Shown one piece after another: positions 38,483 to 49,256 of a DNA stretch of 64,000 nucleotides. The stretch lies in the sequence record OQ411014.1; one strand, written 5' to 3'. Position 1 is the first letter of the stretch, and each line of letters starts with the position of its first letter. The translations under genes were made by a program, and so were the position numbers. The notes below the pieces were generated by a model. It searched no databases, was not told where the DNA came from, and saw nothing but the letters and a program-made list of their open reading frames with translations.

Positions 38483-39652
38483 TTAAGAAGGTAATAGAAA
38501 ATTAGCAAATCCACCCATCCCCAATGTGGGTACTAATCCAGCTACAGTTGGTGCTCTATTTGATGGTGAGCTAACAGCAATTCGACCATCTTTATATACC
38601 AATGAATTAGAACTGCCTGTGCATAAGTATCCACCTGAATATGGTACTGTACTTTGTTTACATTTGGTGAAAATTCCAATGGAAGACGATGCATTTATTA
38701 AATTTACACCATCATATCCACAACTATATATCCACCCATCTTCCCCTATGTATAAAGAAGAACTTGCATTTGCCGAACTAACGAACTTTCTGAATATTCG
38801 CTGATCCATAGGAGCAACTGACAATGTACCGGAATAGAATTTATTATTAATACCACTAGTAACACCGTCACCAAATACACCATAAGAACCTGAACCAGTT
38901 GCATAGTATCGTTTATCTCCCAAGAAAATCATACAGTTGTTATTGCATATTTTATATTGATATATTAAAGTAGTATCAATTCCTGGGAAAGATTCAGTAA
39001 ATGATAGAACATTAGCAATTGTACTTGCGTTGCATTGATGACTTGCATTTTGTCCTGATGATAAAATTGTTCCATCTTGTAGTAATATTCGAGATGTACC
39101 AGTACCACTAAAAACTCTTAATGCTGGTTTTGTATTATATATTTGTTTAAATGAAAAGAAACCAACAGACATTATTCCCTGACCACTCCATCCAGTATTG
39201 TCAGTTCCAATAGCCCATACTGAATCGTCTTCAGCGATAACCATAACACCATAGCGGTCAATGCTAATATCTTTAATTTTGGACATATCAATTGCATTGA
39301 ACCTTGAACTAATATCCTTCCATGTTGTTGTGCTTGCAGTAGGACTTACAGTTATATCATTCCCTGCTATATAAACACTCCCACTTATTGTAACATAAAT
39401 CGTTTGGGAATACCCAGTACTGCATAATAATACATTTTCTGAACTTGGAACCTTAATCCATTCGTTGTAAACTCCAGTTTGGGGCGTAATACCTAACTGA
39501 TAAAAATCATTTGACCCAGTAAGATATAGTTTTCCATCCTTAACAAAACTGAAATTAGAACTGTAATCACTGGATGTAAGTCTTGGTTCAATTGGTACTG
39601 GTGGTACTGGTGCATTATTCCCATATTCTAACATCCTCACAAAAGGTAACAT
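38483..39652 (-). CDS. RCC1/BLIP-II-like beta-propeller, MLPF tag (10)
   Basis: GKLYLTGSNDFYQLG; close paralog of 43486-44658. Confidence 0.85.
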   Translation of the reverse strand: MLPFVRMLEYGNNAPVPPVPIEPRLTSSDYSSNFSFVKDGKLYLTGSNDFYQLGITPQTGVYNEWIKVPSSENVLLCSTGYSQTIYVTISGSVYIAGNDITVSPTASTTTWKDISSRFNAIDMSKIKDISIDRYGVMVIAEDDSVWAIGTDNTGWSGQGIMSVGFFSFKQIYNTKPALRVFSGTGTSRILLQDGTILSSGQNASHQCNASTIANVLSFTESFPGIDTTLIYQYKICNNNCMIFLGDKRYYATGSGSYGVFGDGVTSGINNKFYSGTLSVAPMDQRIFRKFVSSANASSSLYIGEDGWIYSCGYDGVNLINASSSIGIFTKCKQSTVPYSGGYLCTGSSNSLVYKDGRIAVSSPSNRAPTVAGLVPTLGMGGFANFLLPS

Positions 39653-39739
39653 AACTAAATTCTCCAAAATTAAAATAATTATAATGTATTTACAAAAAAA
39701 TACCAGTACGTATTTCAGTACTGGTATTGTGGTATTGTA

Positions 39740-40846
39740 TCATTTCGGCATTGTAATTGCAGACCATGAATTTGAAGTAATTGGACCTGGTACGAACACT
39801 GTTGAACCACATGCATAAATTTGTCTATCCCCATCATACACAACACTAAAGCTAGTACAAGTAAACAATGACGAATTTAATGGATTGTAAGTATCTAATG
39901 TTAGTGTATTCTCCCACTGACTTGAACCTAGACCACCTGACCTACCAAATGCACCAGTACTGTATATCTTACCTTCAGTTGTTGCATATATATTAACATA
40001 TGAAGTTGAACTGGATTTAGATATTTTATGTATCTTATTATCAATTGCACTAGGGTTAAATGTAAATGGATATATTTGTACGTTAGTTCTTGAACCATTA
40101 CCAAGTTGACCATCATACTGCCAGCCAGCAACGTATGTACTACTACCTGAATATGCTATAGTACTAGTACTGTTACCGCCCAGTATTTTAACACTAGTTA
40201 AACGACTTACTAAAGTAATGTACTGCCCTTGACTCACACCCAGTGAACCATAACTACTAGTCCCACATCCAATAAGGTCACCGTTGGATGTTAAGATTAA
40301 TGTGTTGTTTTGCGTACCATATATATCAGCAACTTCATTTGTACCAGTATTCAGTACTAACACAAAAGCACTCTGTGAACTTGGATATCCACCACCGAGT
40401 GAATAGTTACCGTTCATGCCTCTTCCATAAACCTTTGTACCACTAGCATCTACGTAGTGCATCGTATCTGAACCAATTGATATCATTTTAATATTAGATA
40501 TGTGTGGGAATGAAGAAGTAACATCTAAACCACCCAAGGGGATTGCAGTATTACCCGTACCTAACTGAGAAGTAACTCCGTGTATTCTGAACTCTTCTCC
40601 TTTGAGATACAGAAGACTGTACCCACCAGCCCATGCATCAGAAACACCCTCTGCAACTAATATCCAAGTATTTTTTGCTGCTGTACCAAAGACATTCAAC
40701 TGCAAATATGAATTATCTCCACATCCATATAATGTCCCATCACTATATAGTACGTACAAATTATTGGTTCCACAAAATACTTTCTTGATCGTTATACCTT
40801 CTGGGGCTATATTTCCATAGGTCATTATTCTTGCAAAAGGTAACAT
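39740..40846 (-). CDS. RCC1/BLIP-II-like beta-propeller, MLPF tag (9)
   Basis: DGTLYGCGDNSYLQL, GCGTSSYGSLG, GWQYDGQLGNG. Confidence 0.85.
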   Translation of the reverse strand: MLPFARIMTYGNIAPEGITIKKVFCGTNNLYVLYSDGTLYGCGDNSYLQLNVFGTAAKNTWILVAEGVSDAWAGGYSLLYLKGEEFRIHGVTSQLGTGNTAIPLGGLDVTSSFPHISNIKMISIGSDTMHYVDASGTKVYGRGMNGNYSLGGGYPSSQSAFVLVLNTGTNEVADIYGTQNNTLILTSNGDLIGCGTSSYGSLGVSQGQYITLVSRLTSVKILGGNSTSTIAYSGSSTYVAGWQYDGQLGNGSRTNVQIYPFTFNPSAIDNKIHKISKSSSTSYVNIYATTEGKIYSTGAFGRSGGLGSSQWENTLTLDTYNPLNSSLFTCTSFSVVYDGDRQIYACGSTVFVPGPITSNSWSAITMPK

Positions 40847-40937
40847 AATTAAATCTCCATATAATAATTATAATGTATTTACAAAAAAAGCCAGTACGTA
40901 TTTCAGTACTGGTATTGTGGTATTGTGGTATTGTGAT

Positions 40938-42128
40938 TTAAGGCTTCGGCACTGGCGGTGTTACCAGTTGATATGTGTTCTGAATTGTATTGTTCGAGAA
41001 TGAACGTCCAGTGTAGTATACGTCACCAGCTTTCGTCAAATAAGCAACGCCGAAATCAGCACCAACATATGTTTCCATGCTGCTAATATTAGGTGGATTC
41101 ACTGGCGGCGTAAATCTAGCCTTGTTACTATTAGTACCATTACCAAACCGACCATAAGTACCATTACCTGTAGTATATAATGTACCATTAGTACTAATAA
41201 CGCAACCAATGTCTGAACCATCACCATTGGTGTTAAGTGTTACTGGAGAAGTTATTACAGTACTGCTATCAGTAAGGAATAGTAAGTTATTATTAATACT
41301 TACAGCATTACTTAAACTACCTGTTCCTAAGTTTCCATTAATACTGTTACCACTTACAATTAAGTACCAAGCGTCAGTTGTTGTATTGTTTATCAATATG
41401 AATGAACCATCTGTGTTCATTGCAACATCATGTGGAATTAGGTTAGTAGCTAAATTGTACTTAGTCCATGAATATATGTTATTCGTTGTTGCCGTAATAC
41501 CCAAGATCCCAGAACTATTCTGACCAGTTCTCCAGAGTGAATTATCATTCTTGATAATCCACGTGGTATTAATGCGATGTGTTAATTTTTTTACATCAGT
41601 ATTCAATTTAGTAAAAGTACTAACCATAGTGTTACTACCAAGTCCTAATGTCCCTCCTAGGTTTCTACCCATACCATATAGATCACCATTTTCTAAGTGC
41701 ACTAAAATATGACTCCACGAAACCTGAATATCAATTATACTGTCTATTTGTGTAGGTGTAAAAACACTCGTAAACAAAGTCGTTATATCAGTCCACGTGG
41801 TACTAAACCCAGTACCAGCAACAATATCATTTGCTCCGGTGTAATAAAATTTATTATCAATAGTCTGAATCAATGCGAACTCAACAAGTGAACATGCAAA
41901 TCTTTTAACATCATGATGTACTAAAACCCAATTCGGATAATTTGTACCACCTGAATCACCTTGTCCGAAGCAGTAGTTCCTTGAAGTTCCACCACCAATC
42001 CCATATAGTGTGTTGTCCTTGTACAATATAAACAAACAACCACTATTACCCGATGGCATATAAATTGTTTCTATTGGTGAAGTAGGTAACTTATTCCCGT
42101 ACTCCAAAATTCTTGCAAAAGGTAACAT
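40938..42128 (-). CDS. RCC1/BLIP-II-like beta-propeller, MLPF tag (8)
   Basis: GDLYGMGRNLGGTLGLG; N-terminal LYGIGGGT shared with the orphan copy; start moved from 42188. Confidence 0.85.
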   Translation of the reverse strand: MLPFARILEYGNKLPTSPIETIYMPSGNSGCLFILYKDNTLYGIGGGTSRNYCFGQGDSGGTNYPNWVLVHHDVKRFACSLVEFALIQTIDNKFYYTGANDIVAGTGFSTTWTDITTLFTSVFTPTQIDSIIDIQVSWSHILVHLENGDLYGMGRNLGGTLGLGSNTMVSTFTKLNTDVKKLTHRINTTWIIKNDNSLWRTGQNSSGILGITATTNNIYSWTKYNLATNLIPHDVAMNTDGSFILINNTTTDAWYLIVSGNSINGNLGTGSLSNAVSINNNLLFLTDSSTVITSPVTLNTNGDGSDIGCVISTNGTLYTTGNGTYGRFGNGTNSNKARFTPPVNPPNISSMETYVGADFGVAYLTKAGDVYYTGRSFSNNTIQNTYQLVTPPVPKP

Positions 42129-42215
42129 AACTAAATTCTCCAAAATTAAAATAATTATATTGTATTTACAAAAAAAATACCAGCACATATTTCAGTACTG
42201 GTATTGTTTCTTATT

Positions 42216-43406
42216 TTATTGCCATAACTGTGTTGGCATTAGGGTTAGTGTAGTAACAACAGACGCACCATTAGGTAAGTTACCACCAGAACCATTAAAA
42301 CCACCACACGCATATAATTTATAATCTTTAGTAACAATTAATGTCCTGGACCAGTCTTTAGATGCCATAAGAACATTGTCATATCCACCAGGTATAGCAG
42401 TTAATTTAAACAACGCCCACGAATTAACTAGAGTTGTATTTCCTGTTCCTTGTTGACCATATGAATTGACACCACCACTCCTAACATATGATGGGTATTG
42501 AGCCATAGGTGTACCAATTGATGCGTTACCCATAGAACTAGGACATAAGAAAGCATCACTAATATTCACTGTAACTTGTGAATTTTTAACTGGAGTGAGT
42601 TGGTTTGTAGATGAAGTAGTACCATTCCCAGCTTGTCCAGTATTGTTGTAACCACTCCAATACACACTACCAGCAGTGAACCACCAAGTAACATCATAGG
42701 TAGCACTTATATAATCGACGTTCGTTCGTATTAATTTATTAGTATAAACGAATGAGCTAGTCCCACCCCCACTTTCACCAAAGTTATCCTTACCACAAAA
42801 CCATGCTTCTTTATTTGTTTTGAGATAGTGTGTACCCTGTAATGAACATGCGAGTTGAGAAACTTCACCCATATTAGTCATAACTGTTAGTACTGGAATA
42901 GCATTTTTATTCCCTGAACCACATTCAGCATTTGTATTGTTACCACAAGCAATGACTCTTCCATCGTGTAGTAATATTCTAGTACTTTCACCTATATGTA
43001 CACTCTTGATTAAATTAGCGTGCACATTAATTTTGTCAAAGGAAGCAGTAACATCAGTCCATGTTAAGAAATATCCATTAACAGGAGTTGCGGCTCCATA
43101 ATCAGGAAATGCACCTATCGACCCAGTGTAGTATATTCTATTATCCAGATCAATCATCAATGATCCATGAACACCTACCCAAAACGCCGCACAGTGCATT
43201 GCGAGTACAGTAAAAGTAGAAACTGTTGATCTATTCCCTAGACCTAATTGGCCCAAGTTATTACTACCATATCCGTATAATGTATTCGTGGGCTTATGTA
43301 GATACATAGCATTGGTGTATTGTTGCTGTAAAACATCAGTAAACTCTACTGGATCAGGAGGGGCAATCGTATTCCCATAAGTCATTATTCTTGCAAAAGG
43401 TAACAT
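42216..43406 (-). CDS. RCC1/BLIP-II-like beta-propeller, MLPF tag (7)
   Basis: LYGYGSNNLGQLGLG, WSGYNNTGQAGNG. Confidence 0.85.
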   Translation of the reverse strand: MLPFARIMTYGNTIAPPDPVEFTDVLQQQYTNAMYLHKPTNTLYGYGSNNLGQLGLGNRSTVSTFTVLAMHCAAFWVGVHGSLMIDLDNRIYYTGSIGAFPDYGAATPVNGYFLTWTDVTASFDKINVHANLIKSVHIGESTRILLHDGRVIACGNNTNAECGSGNKNAIPVLTVMTNMGEVSQLACSLQGTHYLKTNKEAWFCGKDNFGESGGGTSSFVYTNKLIRTNVDYISATYDVTWWFTAGSVYWSGYNNTGQAGNGTTSSTNQLTPVKNSQVTVNISDAFLCPSSMGNASIGTPMAQYPSYVRSGGVNSYGQQGTGNTTLVNSWALFKLTAIPGGYDNVLMASKDWSRTLIVTKDYKLYACGGFNGSGGNLPNGASVVTTLTLMPTQLWQ

Positions 43407-43485
43407 AACTAAATTCTCCAAAATTAAAATAATTATAATGTATTTACAAAAAAATACCAGTACGTATTTCAGTACTGGTATAATG

Positions 43486-44658
43486 TTATGGTAAAATAAT
43501 AGCTTGTAACGAACTCATACCCAATTCTGGAACACTCGCCTGTGGTGCTGGTGCATTCACTTTTGGTGATGAAACCGCATAAGTCATTCCTGTACCCAAA
43601 TCTGGATCAAAAACTACAGAACAATAATCCCCATTGTATATAAGTCCATTAGTATATCCTTGTGCACTTTGAATGCATTTCGTGAACGTACCAATGTCAG
43701 TAGTGGCATTTATTAAGTTCCTCCCACGGTAGCCACAGGTGTATATGAAATTATCAACACCTATGTACATACTCGCATTCCCAGAAGAACTACATAGATA
43801 AGACATATAAGCACGCATGTTTTTAGGAGCAACTGACAATGTACCAGCATAGAATTTATTATTCGAACCCGAAATATCACCATCACCCAAAGCACCAAAA
43901 CTCCCCCAACCAGTACCATAATATCTCTTATCACTCAAGAATATAATACAGTTGTTATTACACATCTTGATTTGATATATCAATGAAGGATCAACCCCAG
44001 GGAATGATTCAGTGTATGTTAGAACAGCCAGATCAGTACTAGCATTACATTGATGATATGTATTAGTACCAGCGGACAATATTGTACCATTAGCTAATAG
44101 AATCCTCGAAGTGCCAGTACCAGCAGTACAAGCAACAGCATTACCTGTATATATTTGTCTGAAAGTAAAGAAACCAACAGTTTTACTCCCCTGTCCACTC
44201 CAACCAGTATTATCAACACCACATGCCCATACTGAACCATCTTGCATGATCATCATTACACCATAGCGTTCTATCGAAATATAGACAATCTTCGTAGTAT
44301 CAACTGCACTAAATCTAGAAGTTATATCAGTCCAAACCTTTACACTCACCGCCGTCGCACCGAAAGTAGGATCTTCCCCTGCTATCATTATCCTACCATT
44401 GTTAGTCAGATACATTGTCTGACCATAACCAGTACTACAAAACTTAACACTATCAGTCTCTGGAACTTTTAACCACTCGTTGTAACGTGTTACGTTAGTG
44501 TTATTACCTAACTGATAATAGTTATTCATCCCAGATACATATAACACACCATCCTTTATTAAACTATAAGTCGCACTATAGTCACTACAGGTATAACGTG
44601 TACCCACAGGCCGCTCAACGACGTTCCCATATTCTAACATCCTTACAAAAGGTAACAT
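43486..44658 (-). CDS. RCC1/BLIP-II-like beta-propeller, MLPF tag (6)
   Basis: GVLYVSGMNNYYQLGN; close paralog of 38483-39652. Confidence 0.85.
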   Translation of the reverse strand: MLPFVRMLEYGNVVERPVGTRYTCSDYSATYSLIKDGVLYVSGMNNYYQLGNNTNVTRYNEWLKVPETDSVKFCSTGYGQTMYLTNNGRIMIAGEDPTFGATAVSVKVWTDITSRFSAVDTTKIVYISIERYGVMMIMQDGSVWACGVDNTGWSGQGSKTVGFFTFRQIYTGNAVACTAGTGTSRILLANGTILSAGTNTYHQCNASTDLAVLTYTESFPGVDPSLIYQIKMCNNNCIIFLSDKRYYGTGWGSFGALGDGDISGSNNKFYAGTLSVAPKNMRAYMSYLCSSSGNASMYIGVDNFIYTCGYRGRNLINATTDIGTFTKCIQSAQGYTNGLIYNGDYCSVVFDPDLGTGMTYAVSSPKVNAPAPQASVPELGMSSLQAIILP

Positions 44659-44732
44659 AATCAAATCTCCGTAATTAAATCATACAGTATTTACAAAAAA
44701 ATACCAGTACATATTCCAGTACTGGCCTATTA

Positions 44733-45854
44733 TTAAAAGGGCAACGGTAACTCAGTAAAAGTACTTACGTTCGGTAAACCATACATTAAATTAGCATCAC
44801 CACAGTAATACCACTTCGTAGAATCATGTACCACCGATAAACGCTGTGCACATAACACTTCCTGTATGTCATTAAACACCATCGGGACTAACTCATATGT
44901 ATCCGCATATGAAGATTCACCACCACTCGCATGAAAAGTATTCATCCCAGCATAAAATAACTGATTAGTGTTCTTACCCACAGCAAATGTCATCAATATC
45001 CCATCATTCTCCCATAAAGAAGAAAACTTATCAACACTACCAGAAAGCTCTGTGTAAGTACTCGTAATGGCACTCGCAGCCGCCGCATTACCCATCTGTT
45101 TATTCAAGTTCTGTCCAGCAATAAAATATCTCGTGCGTGCACTAGAATCAGTATATAATAACCCAGTGTTCGTAGTCATCATTCCAATGTCCTTAATCGT
45201 CATACCAGTCTGTGAATAACTTAGATACGAAGTTAAACTACCATTATTACCCAACGAACCGTTATCACTCATGCCACAACGATGTAATATACCACTTGTA
45301 TCAACGTAGATAGTACTAACTAAACTCGTATACAACTCTTGTACATTATTCGCAATAAACACAGCAGTCGCCTTATTAGTAACCCCACCAAATGATAGGT
45401 TATTATCAAATCCCTTAGCGTATAATTGATTATTAGTAGTAACTAACCCAATCGCGTAATAAGATATTTTCATATCCCTTACAGTACTCAAATCTACTAC
45501 CCCAAATTGATGCGTAACATCTGTCCATGTGAAAATCTGTGCACTACCAACACCACCCGTTTCAAACCATTTGTCACCACAGTACAATATGCGATTATCC
45601 TTAGTAAAGATAACTGTTACCAATCCACTACCACACGCAAACTTTACATCACTTCTAACCTTCGTCCAATCAAGTACATAGGTAGTGGTGTTATTACCTA
45701 TACCTAACTTACCATAACGGTTATAACCACGCACCCACAAATCACCACTCTCAGTAATTAATAGTAATGCGTCTCCTGTACTTATTATTCGAAATCCCGA
45801 ACTAGGATCGGGTGCTATATTCCCATAAGTCATCATTCTTGCAAAAGGCAACAT
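44733..45854 (-). CDS. RCC1/BLIP-II-like beta-propeller, MLPF tag (5)
   Basis: GDLWVRGYNRYGKLGIG. Confidence 0.85.
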   Translation of the reverse strand: MLPFARMMTYGNIAPDPSSGFRIISTGDALLLITESGDLWVRGYNRYGKLGIGNNTTTYVLDWTKVRSDVKFACGSGLVTVIFTKDNRILYCGDKWFETGGVGSAQIFTWTDVTHQFGVVDLSTVRDMKISYYAIGLVTTNNQLYAKGFDNNLSFGGVTNKATAVFIANNVQELYTSLVSTIYVDTSGILHRCGMSDNGSLGNNGSLTSYLSYSQTGMTIKDIGMMTTNTGLLYTDSSARTRYFIAGQNLNKQMGNAAAASAITSTYTELSGSVDKFSSLWENDGILMTFAVGKNTNQLFYAGMNTFHASGGESSYADTYELVPMVFNDIQEVLCAQRLSVVHDSTKWYYCGDANLMYGLPNVSTFTELPLPF

Positions 45855-45935
45855 AATAAAATCTCCGTAATTAAATCATACAGTATTTACAAAATACCAG
45901 CACATATTTCAGTACTGGTATAGTGGTATATTAAA

Positions 45936-47084
45936 TCACTGCACAAATGACATATCAACTTCTGTGTAACTAGGCACGCTCTGTGTAGAAAGACCACCCA
46001 TTGCTACCATCGCAATTCCACAATAATATAACTTCCCTTTGTCATCGAGTAACAATGTCCCAGATGGTGTTGTTACTAAATTACACGAAGTATTAAAAGA
46101 AGTATATGAAGGAGTATAGTAGTACTGATTAATGGTATTACCTACACCTAATTTTCCATACCCATTGCCGCCAGATGCGTAAAGTACTTCATCTGCTTTG
46201 ACAATATGTGATGCCATGTTACTAACACACGTATATACAGCACTAACTCCTGTACTCAATAATGTAGGAGTCTTGTATTGGAGATCAGTACTGGAAGATG
46301 TTCCACCTGTACCAAATTCATTACCGTATTGTGCACCGTATTGTTTACCACATCCGTACAAATTACCATCACTCTTAATAAAAAACGTACTCTGGTAACT
46401 TACATTAAAATCAATAACATCTGATGCAATCTGCTTTACTCCAGTGATAGAAACCTGATCCCCTGTACCTAACTGATAGTAATAGTTAAATCCACATCCC
46501 CATAAGGTATTGTCTGTACGCAAATAAATGTTACCAACAGCCTTTTTAACAGACGTTATAGTACTGACCTTCTTGAATGTATTAAATGAACTAATGTTTG
46601 TACCATCTCCAAAGGATGTTATATTAGATATGTTATTAGCACCACAACAATATAATGTACCGTCATTTGTTACCAAATTCACCTTCATATTATTAAAACT
46701 ACTCATGTACGCAATATCCGAAACAGTAATACCACTGGATGTTATCCACGTAGTACAATCCGTCCATAACGTCTTTCTATCAGTTACACCAGTGAATGCA
46801 TTTGTGTTTCCAGTCATAAACACTTTCCCTGTGCCCTCTTCTTCATACAACTGACAATCACTGCTGTTATCTTCCAATAGAACTCTTTTAACGTTCTCTG
46901 CACATAGAATAAATTTACTCGCAGCTACTCCAGTTCCCGTACCATAAATGCTTCCAGATGATGCATACAACTTTTTAGTGAAAGTATCATGTAAGTATAC
47001 AGACATACTAGAATATATTTTAAAACGATCATCGTTAGTAGGAGCAACATTACTGTACTCCAATATCCTCGCAAAAGGTAACAT
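45936..47084 (-). CDS. RCC1/BLIP-II-like beta-propeller, MLPF tag (4)
   Basis: LWGCGFNYYYQLGTG, ASGGNGYGKLGVG. Confidence 0.85.
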   Translation of the reverse strand: MLPFARILEYSNVAPTNDDRFKIYSSMSVYLHDTFTKKLYASSGSIYGTGTGVAASKFILCAENVKRVLLEDNSSDCQLYEEEGTGKVFMTGNTNAFTGVTDRKTLWTDCTTWITSSGITVSDIAYMSSFNNMKVNLVTNDGTLYCCGANNISNITSFGDGTNISSFNTFKKVSTITSVKKAVGNIYLRTDNTLWGCGFNYYYQLGTGDQVSITGVKQIASDVIDFNVSYQSTFFIKSDGNLYGCGKQYGAQYGNEFGTGGTSSSTDLQYKTPTLLSTGVSAVYTCVSNMASHIVKADEVLYASGGNGYGKLGVGNTINQYYYTPSYTSFNTSCNLVTTPSGTLLLDDKGKLYYCGIAMVAMGGLSTQSVPSYTEVDMSFVQ

Positions 47085-47162
47085 AACTAAATTCTCCATA
47101 CAATAATTATAATGTATTTAACCAAAAAAAGCCAGCACCTTTCAGTACTGGTATCTATAATC

Positions 47163-48059
47163 CTATGTAAAAACATACTGCGTGTTAACACGTGTACCAT
47201 TGTCAAAACCAAGCACATAAAATATCTCAGGACTATTATTAGAACCAAATAACGCTCCAGTACTACTACTCAAAGTACTATTAACCGCTAACGCAATCCA
47301 TTCGTTTTGTTCTTGGTCGTATCTCAATAAATTTAATGCACCAAATGATACTGCATATATTTGTTTATCATATGTATTGTAAATTATTTTACTAGGGTTA
47401 GAACCACCAACACCAGCAATGTTAGACCACACAGCACTCTGTATATGATATTTTTGTGCAGTACTCACACCTTGGCCTGTAATATATATGTAAGTACCAT
47501 CTGTACACATATCACCACCACCATTGTTATTTGTACCATCACTCGTACCTAATGATGCCCAGGTATTAGTACTAGGAGTATAACTGTATAACGAATTATT
47601 AGTAGGAGATCCCCACAAATATATCTTATCACCAGCAGTAATCATCTTACTATACGCCAGTTGATTAGGCTTCCCAATACTGTTAGTGTTCAGAATCCAG
47701 GTATTTGTACTTATATTATATACATAAAAATTATTAGCACCATTACCAGTACCACCAAACAAATATATTTTCCCCTCATAAAAACATAACGCACTACCAA
47801 ATGTAGATACAGGTGCATTGGCTAATTGTAACCACGTTCTAGTACTTAAATTAAAACTCCATAACTGATTATCCCCCATCACCGCATTCTGTATACCACC
47901 AAATATATAAGCAGTATTACTTTTCGCATCATACGTATAACCAAAGTTATTTTTAGCAGGAGGTACAGGTGATGTCGTAAATGCAGAACGTATTCCCCTA
48001 TTGGTAGCAAACACCTCTGCAACATTCCCGTACTCCAACATCCTTACAAAAGGTAACAT
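47163..48059 (-). CDS. Kelch-repeat beta-propeller, MLPF tag (3)
   Basis: AYIFGG...LWSFNLSTRTW, KIYLFGG...YNISTNTW, KIYLWG...YTPSTNTW Kelch pattern. Confidence 0.85.
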   Translation of the reverse strand: MLPFVRMLEYGNVAEVFATNRGIRSAFTTSPVPPAKNNFGYTYDAKSNTAYIFGGIQNAVMGDNQLWSFNLSTRTWLQLANAPVSTFGSALCFYEGKIYLFGGTGNGANNFYVYNISTNTWILNTNSIGKPNQLAYSKMITAGDKIYLWGSPTNNSLYSYTPSTNTWASLGTSDGTNNNGGGDMCTDGTYIYITGQGVSTAQKYHIQSAVWSNIAGVGGSNPSKIIYNTYDKQIYAVSFGALNLLRYDQEQNEWIALAVNSTLSSSTGALFGSNNSPEIFYVLGFDNGTRVNTQYVFT

Positions 48060-48136
48060 AACTAATTCTCCAAAATTAAAATAATTATAATGTATTTACA
48101 AAAATACCAGCACCTTTCAGTACTGGTATAGTAGTA

Positions 48137-49246
48137 TTATATCGGTAAATCTATCTTAGTGAAAATACCAACATCTTCACTCGCTCCAGGTATTGCATAA
48201 TATGTCCCAGTACTGTACACTTCACCATCTTTTGTTAATATAGATGTTAAACCATCACTATAAAGAACATCCCTGATATCACTAACTCCAACTGGTAACT
48301 GCAAATTCGTTGCACTATAAACCGCTCCAGTCTGAGAATTGTTTAATCCTAAACCACGGTTTGAACCTACACCCTTCTGATATGTACTAGTAATTATAAT
48401 TTGTGTAGCAGTATTTAATGCAGGTGAATTCGTCATAAACAACGGAGAACTATTAGGCAAAGAACTTGCAGGAACTGCACGAAATGTAGTTGCATCTGAA
48501 CTAAGAAAGTTTGGCGTTTGACCACATACGAAATATGATGTACCATTATAGTAATTAAATGCATTACCACCTATAGCTGCATCTATTACTCCAGTACTAC
48601 GTAATCCCCACGTGTTAATTTGTGTTCGGTTCCCCGTACCATGCTGACCCCTGTCATTCCACCCAGAACTATATAACTTATTATCTAATGTAATATACAT
48701 ACTGTCATTTGCATTCGTCATTACTTTACGCACATTAGTAGCACATTGAGTTAATGTGTAAATTGATGATGAACCAATACCTAAAGCACCACGATATCCA
48801 TTAGCCCCTGCACCATAGAGTACTGAACTAGTGCTAAGTACAAATATTAAACCATACGAACATACTATATCAGCAATTTCATTTACCGATAGTACACTAG
48901 TAAACCACGCAGTCCTATCAACTAATACAGTACTGTAAGAAGTCCCAGTAGAAGACGAAAACCAATAAGTCTCACCAGTAGTCCATATAGTATTGTCACT
49001 CTTAATAACAACAACTGTACGATCACCAGCAAAAAAATTAGTAACTCCTGTACTCACTAATGTCCATGAAGATACAGTGTTCGTATTGTTATTACCCGAT
49101 TCCCCACCCTGATTCCTACCTATGTAATATAATTCATTCGTGTCAGTCAACACATACTGCCCCTGCGTCGATGCCCCAACCTTAATTATATTTTTAGGAC
49201 CGGGTGCAACATTCCCGTACTCCAACATCCTTACAAAAGGTAACAT
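48137..49246 (-). CDS. RCC1/BLIP-II-like beta-propeller, MLPF tag (2)
   Basis: KLYSSGWNDRGQHGTG. Confidence 0.85.
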   Translation of the reverse strand: MLPFVRMLEYGNVAPGPKNIIKVGASTQGQYVLTDTNELYYIGRNQGGESGNNNTNTVSSWTLVSTGVTNFFAGDRTVVVIKSDNTIWTTGETYWFSSSTGTSYSTVLVDRTAWFTSVLSVNEIADIVCSYGLIFVLSTSSVLYGAGANGYRGALGIGSSSIYTLTQCATNVRKVMTNANDSMYITLDNKLYSSGWNDRGQHGTGNRTQINTWGLRSTGVIDAAIGGNAFNYYNGTSYFVCGQTPNFLSSDATTFRAVPASSLPNSSPLFMTNSPALNTATQIIITSTYQKGVGSNRGLGLNNSQTGAVYSATNLQLPVGVSDIRDVLYSDGLTSILTKDGEVYSTGTYYAIPGASEDVGIFTKIDLPI

Positions 49247-49256
49247 ATTTCTCTCC

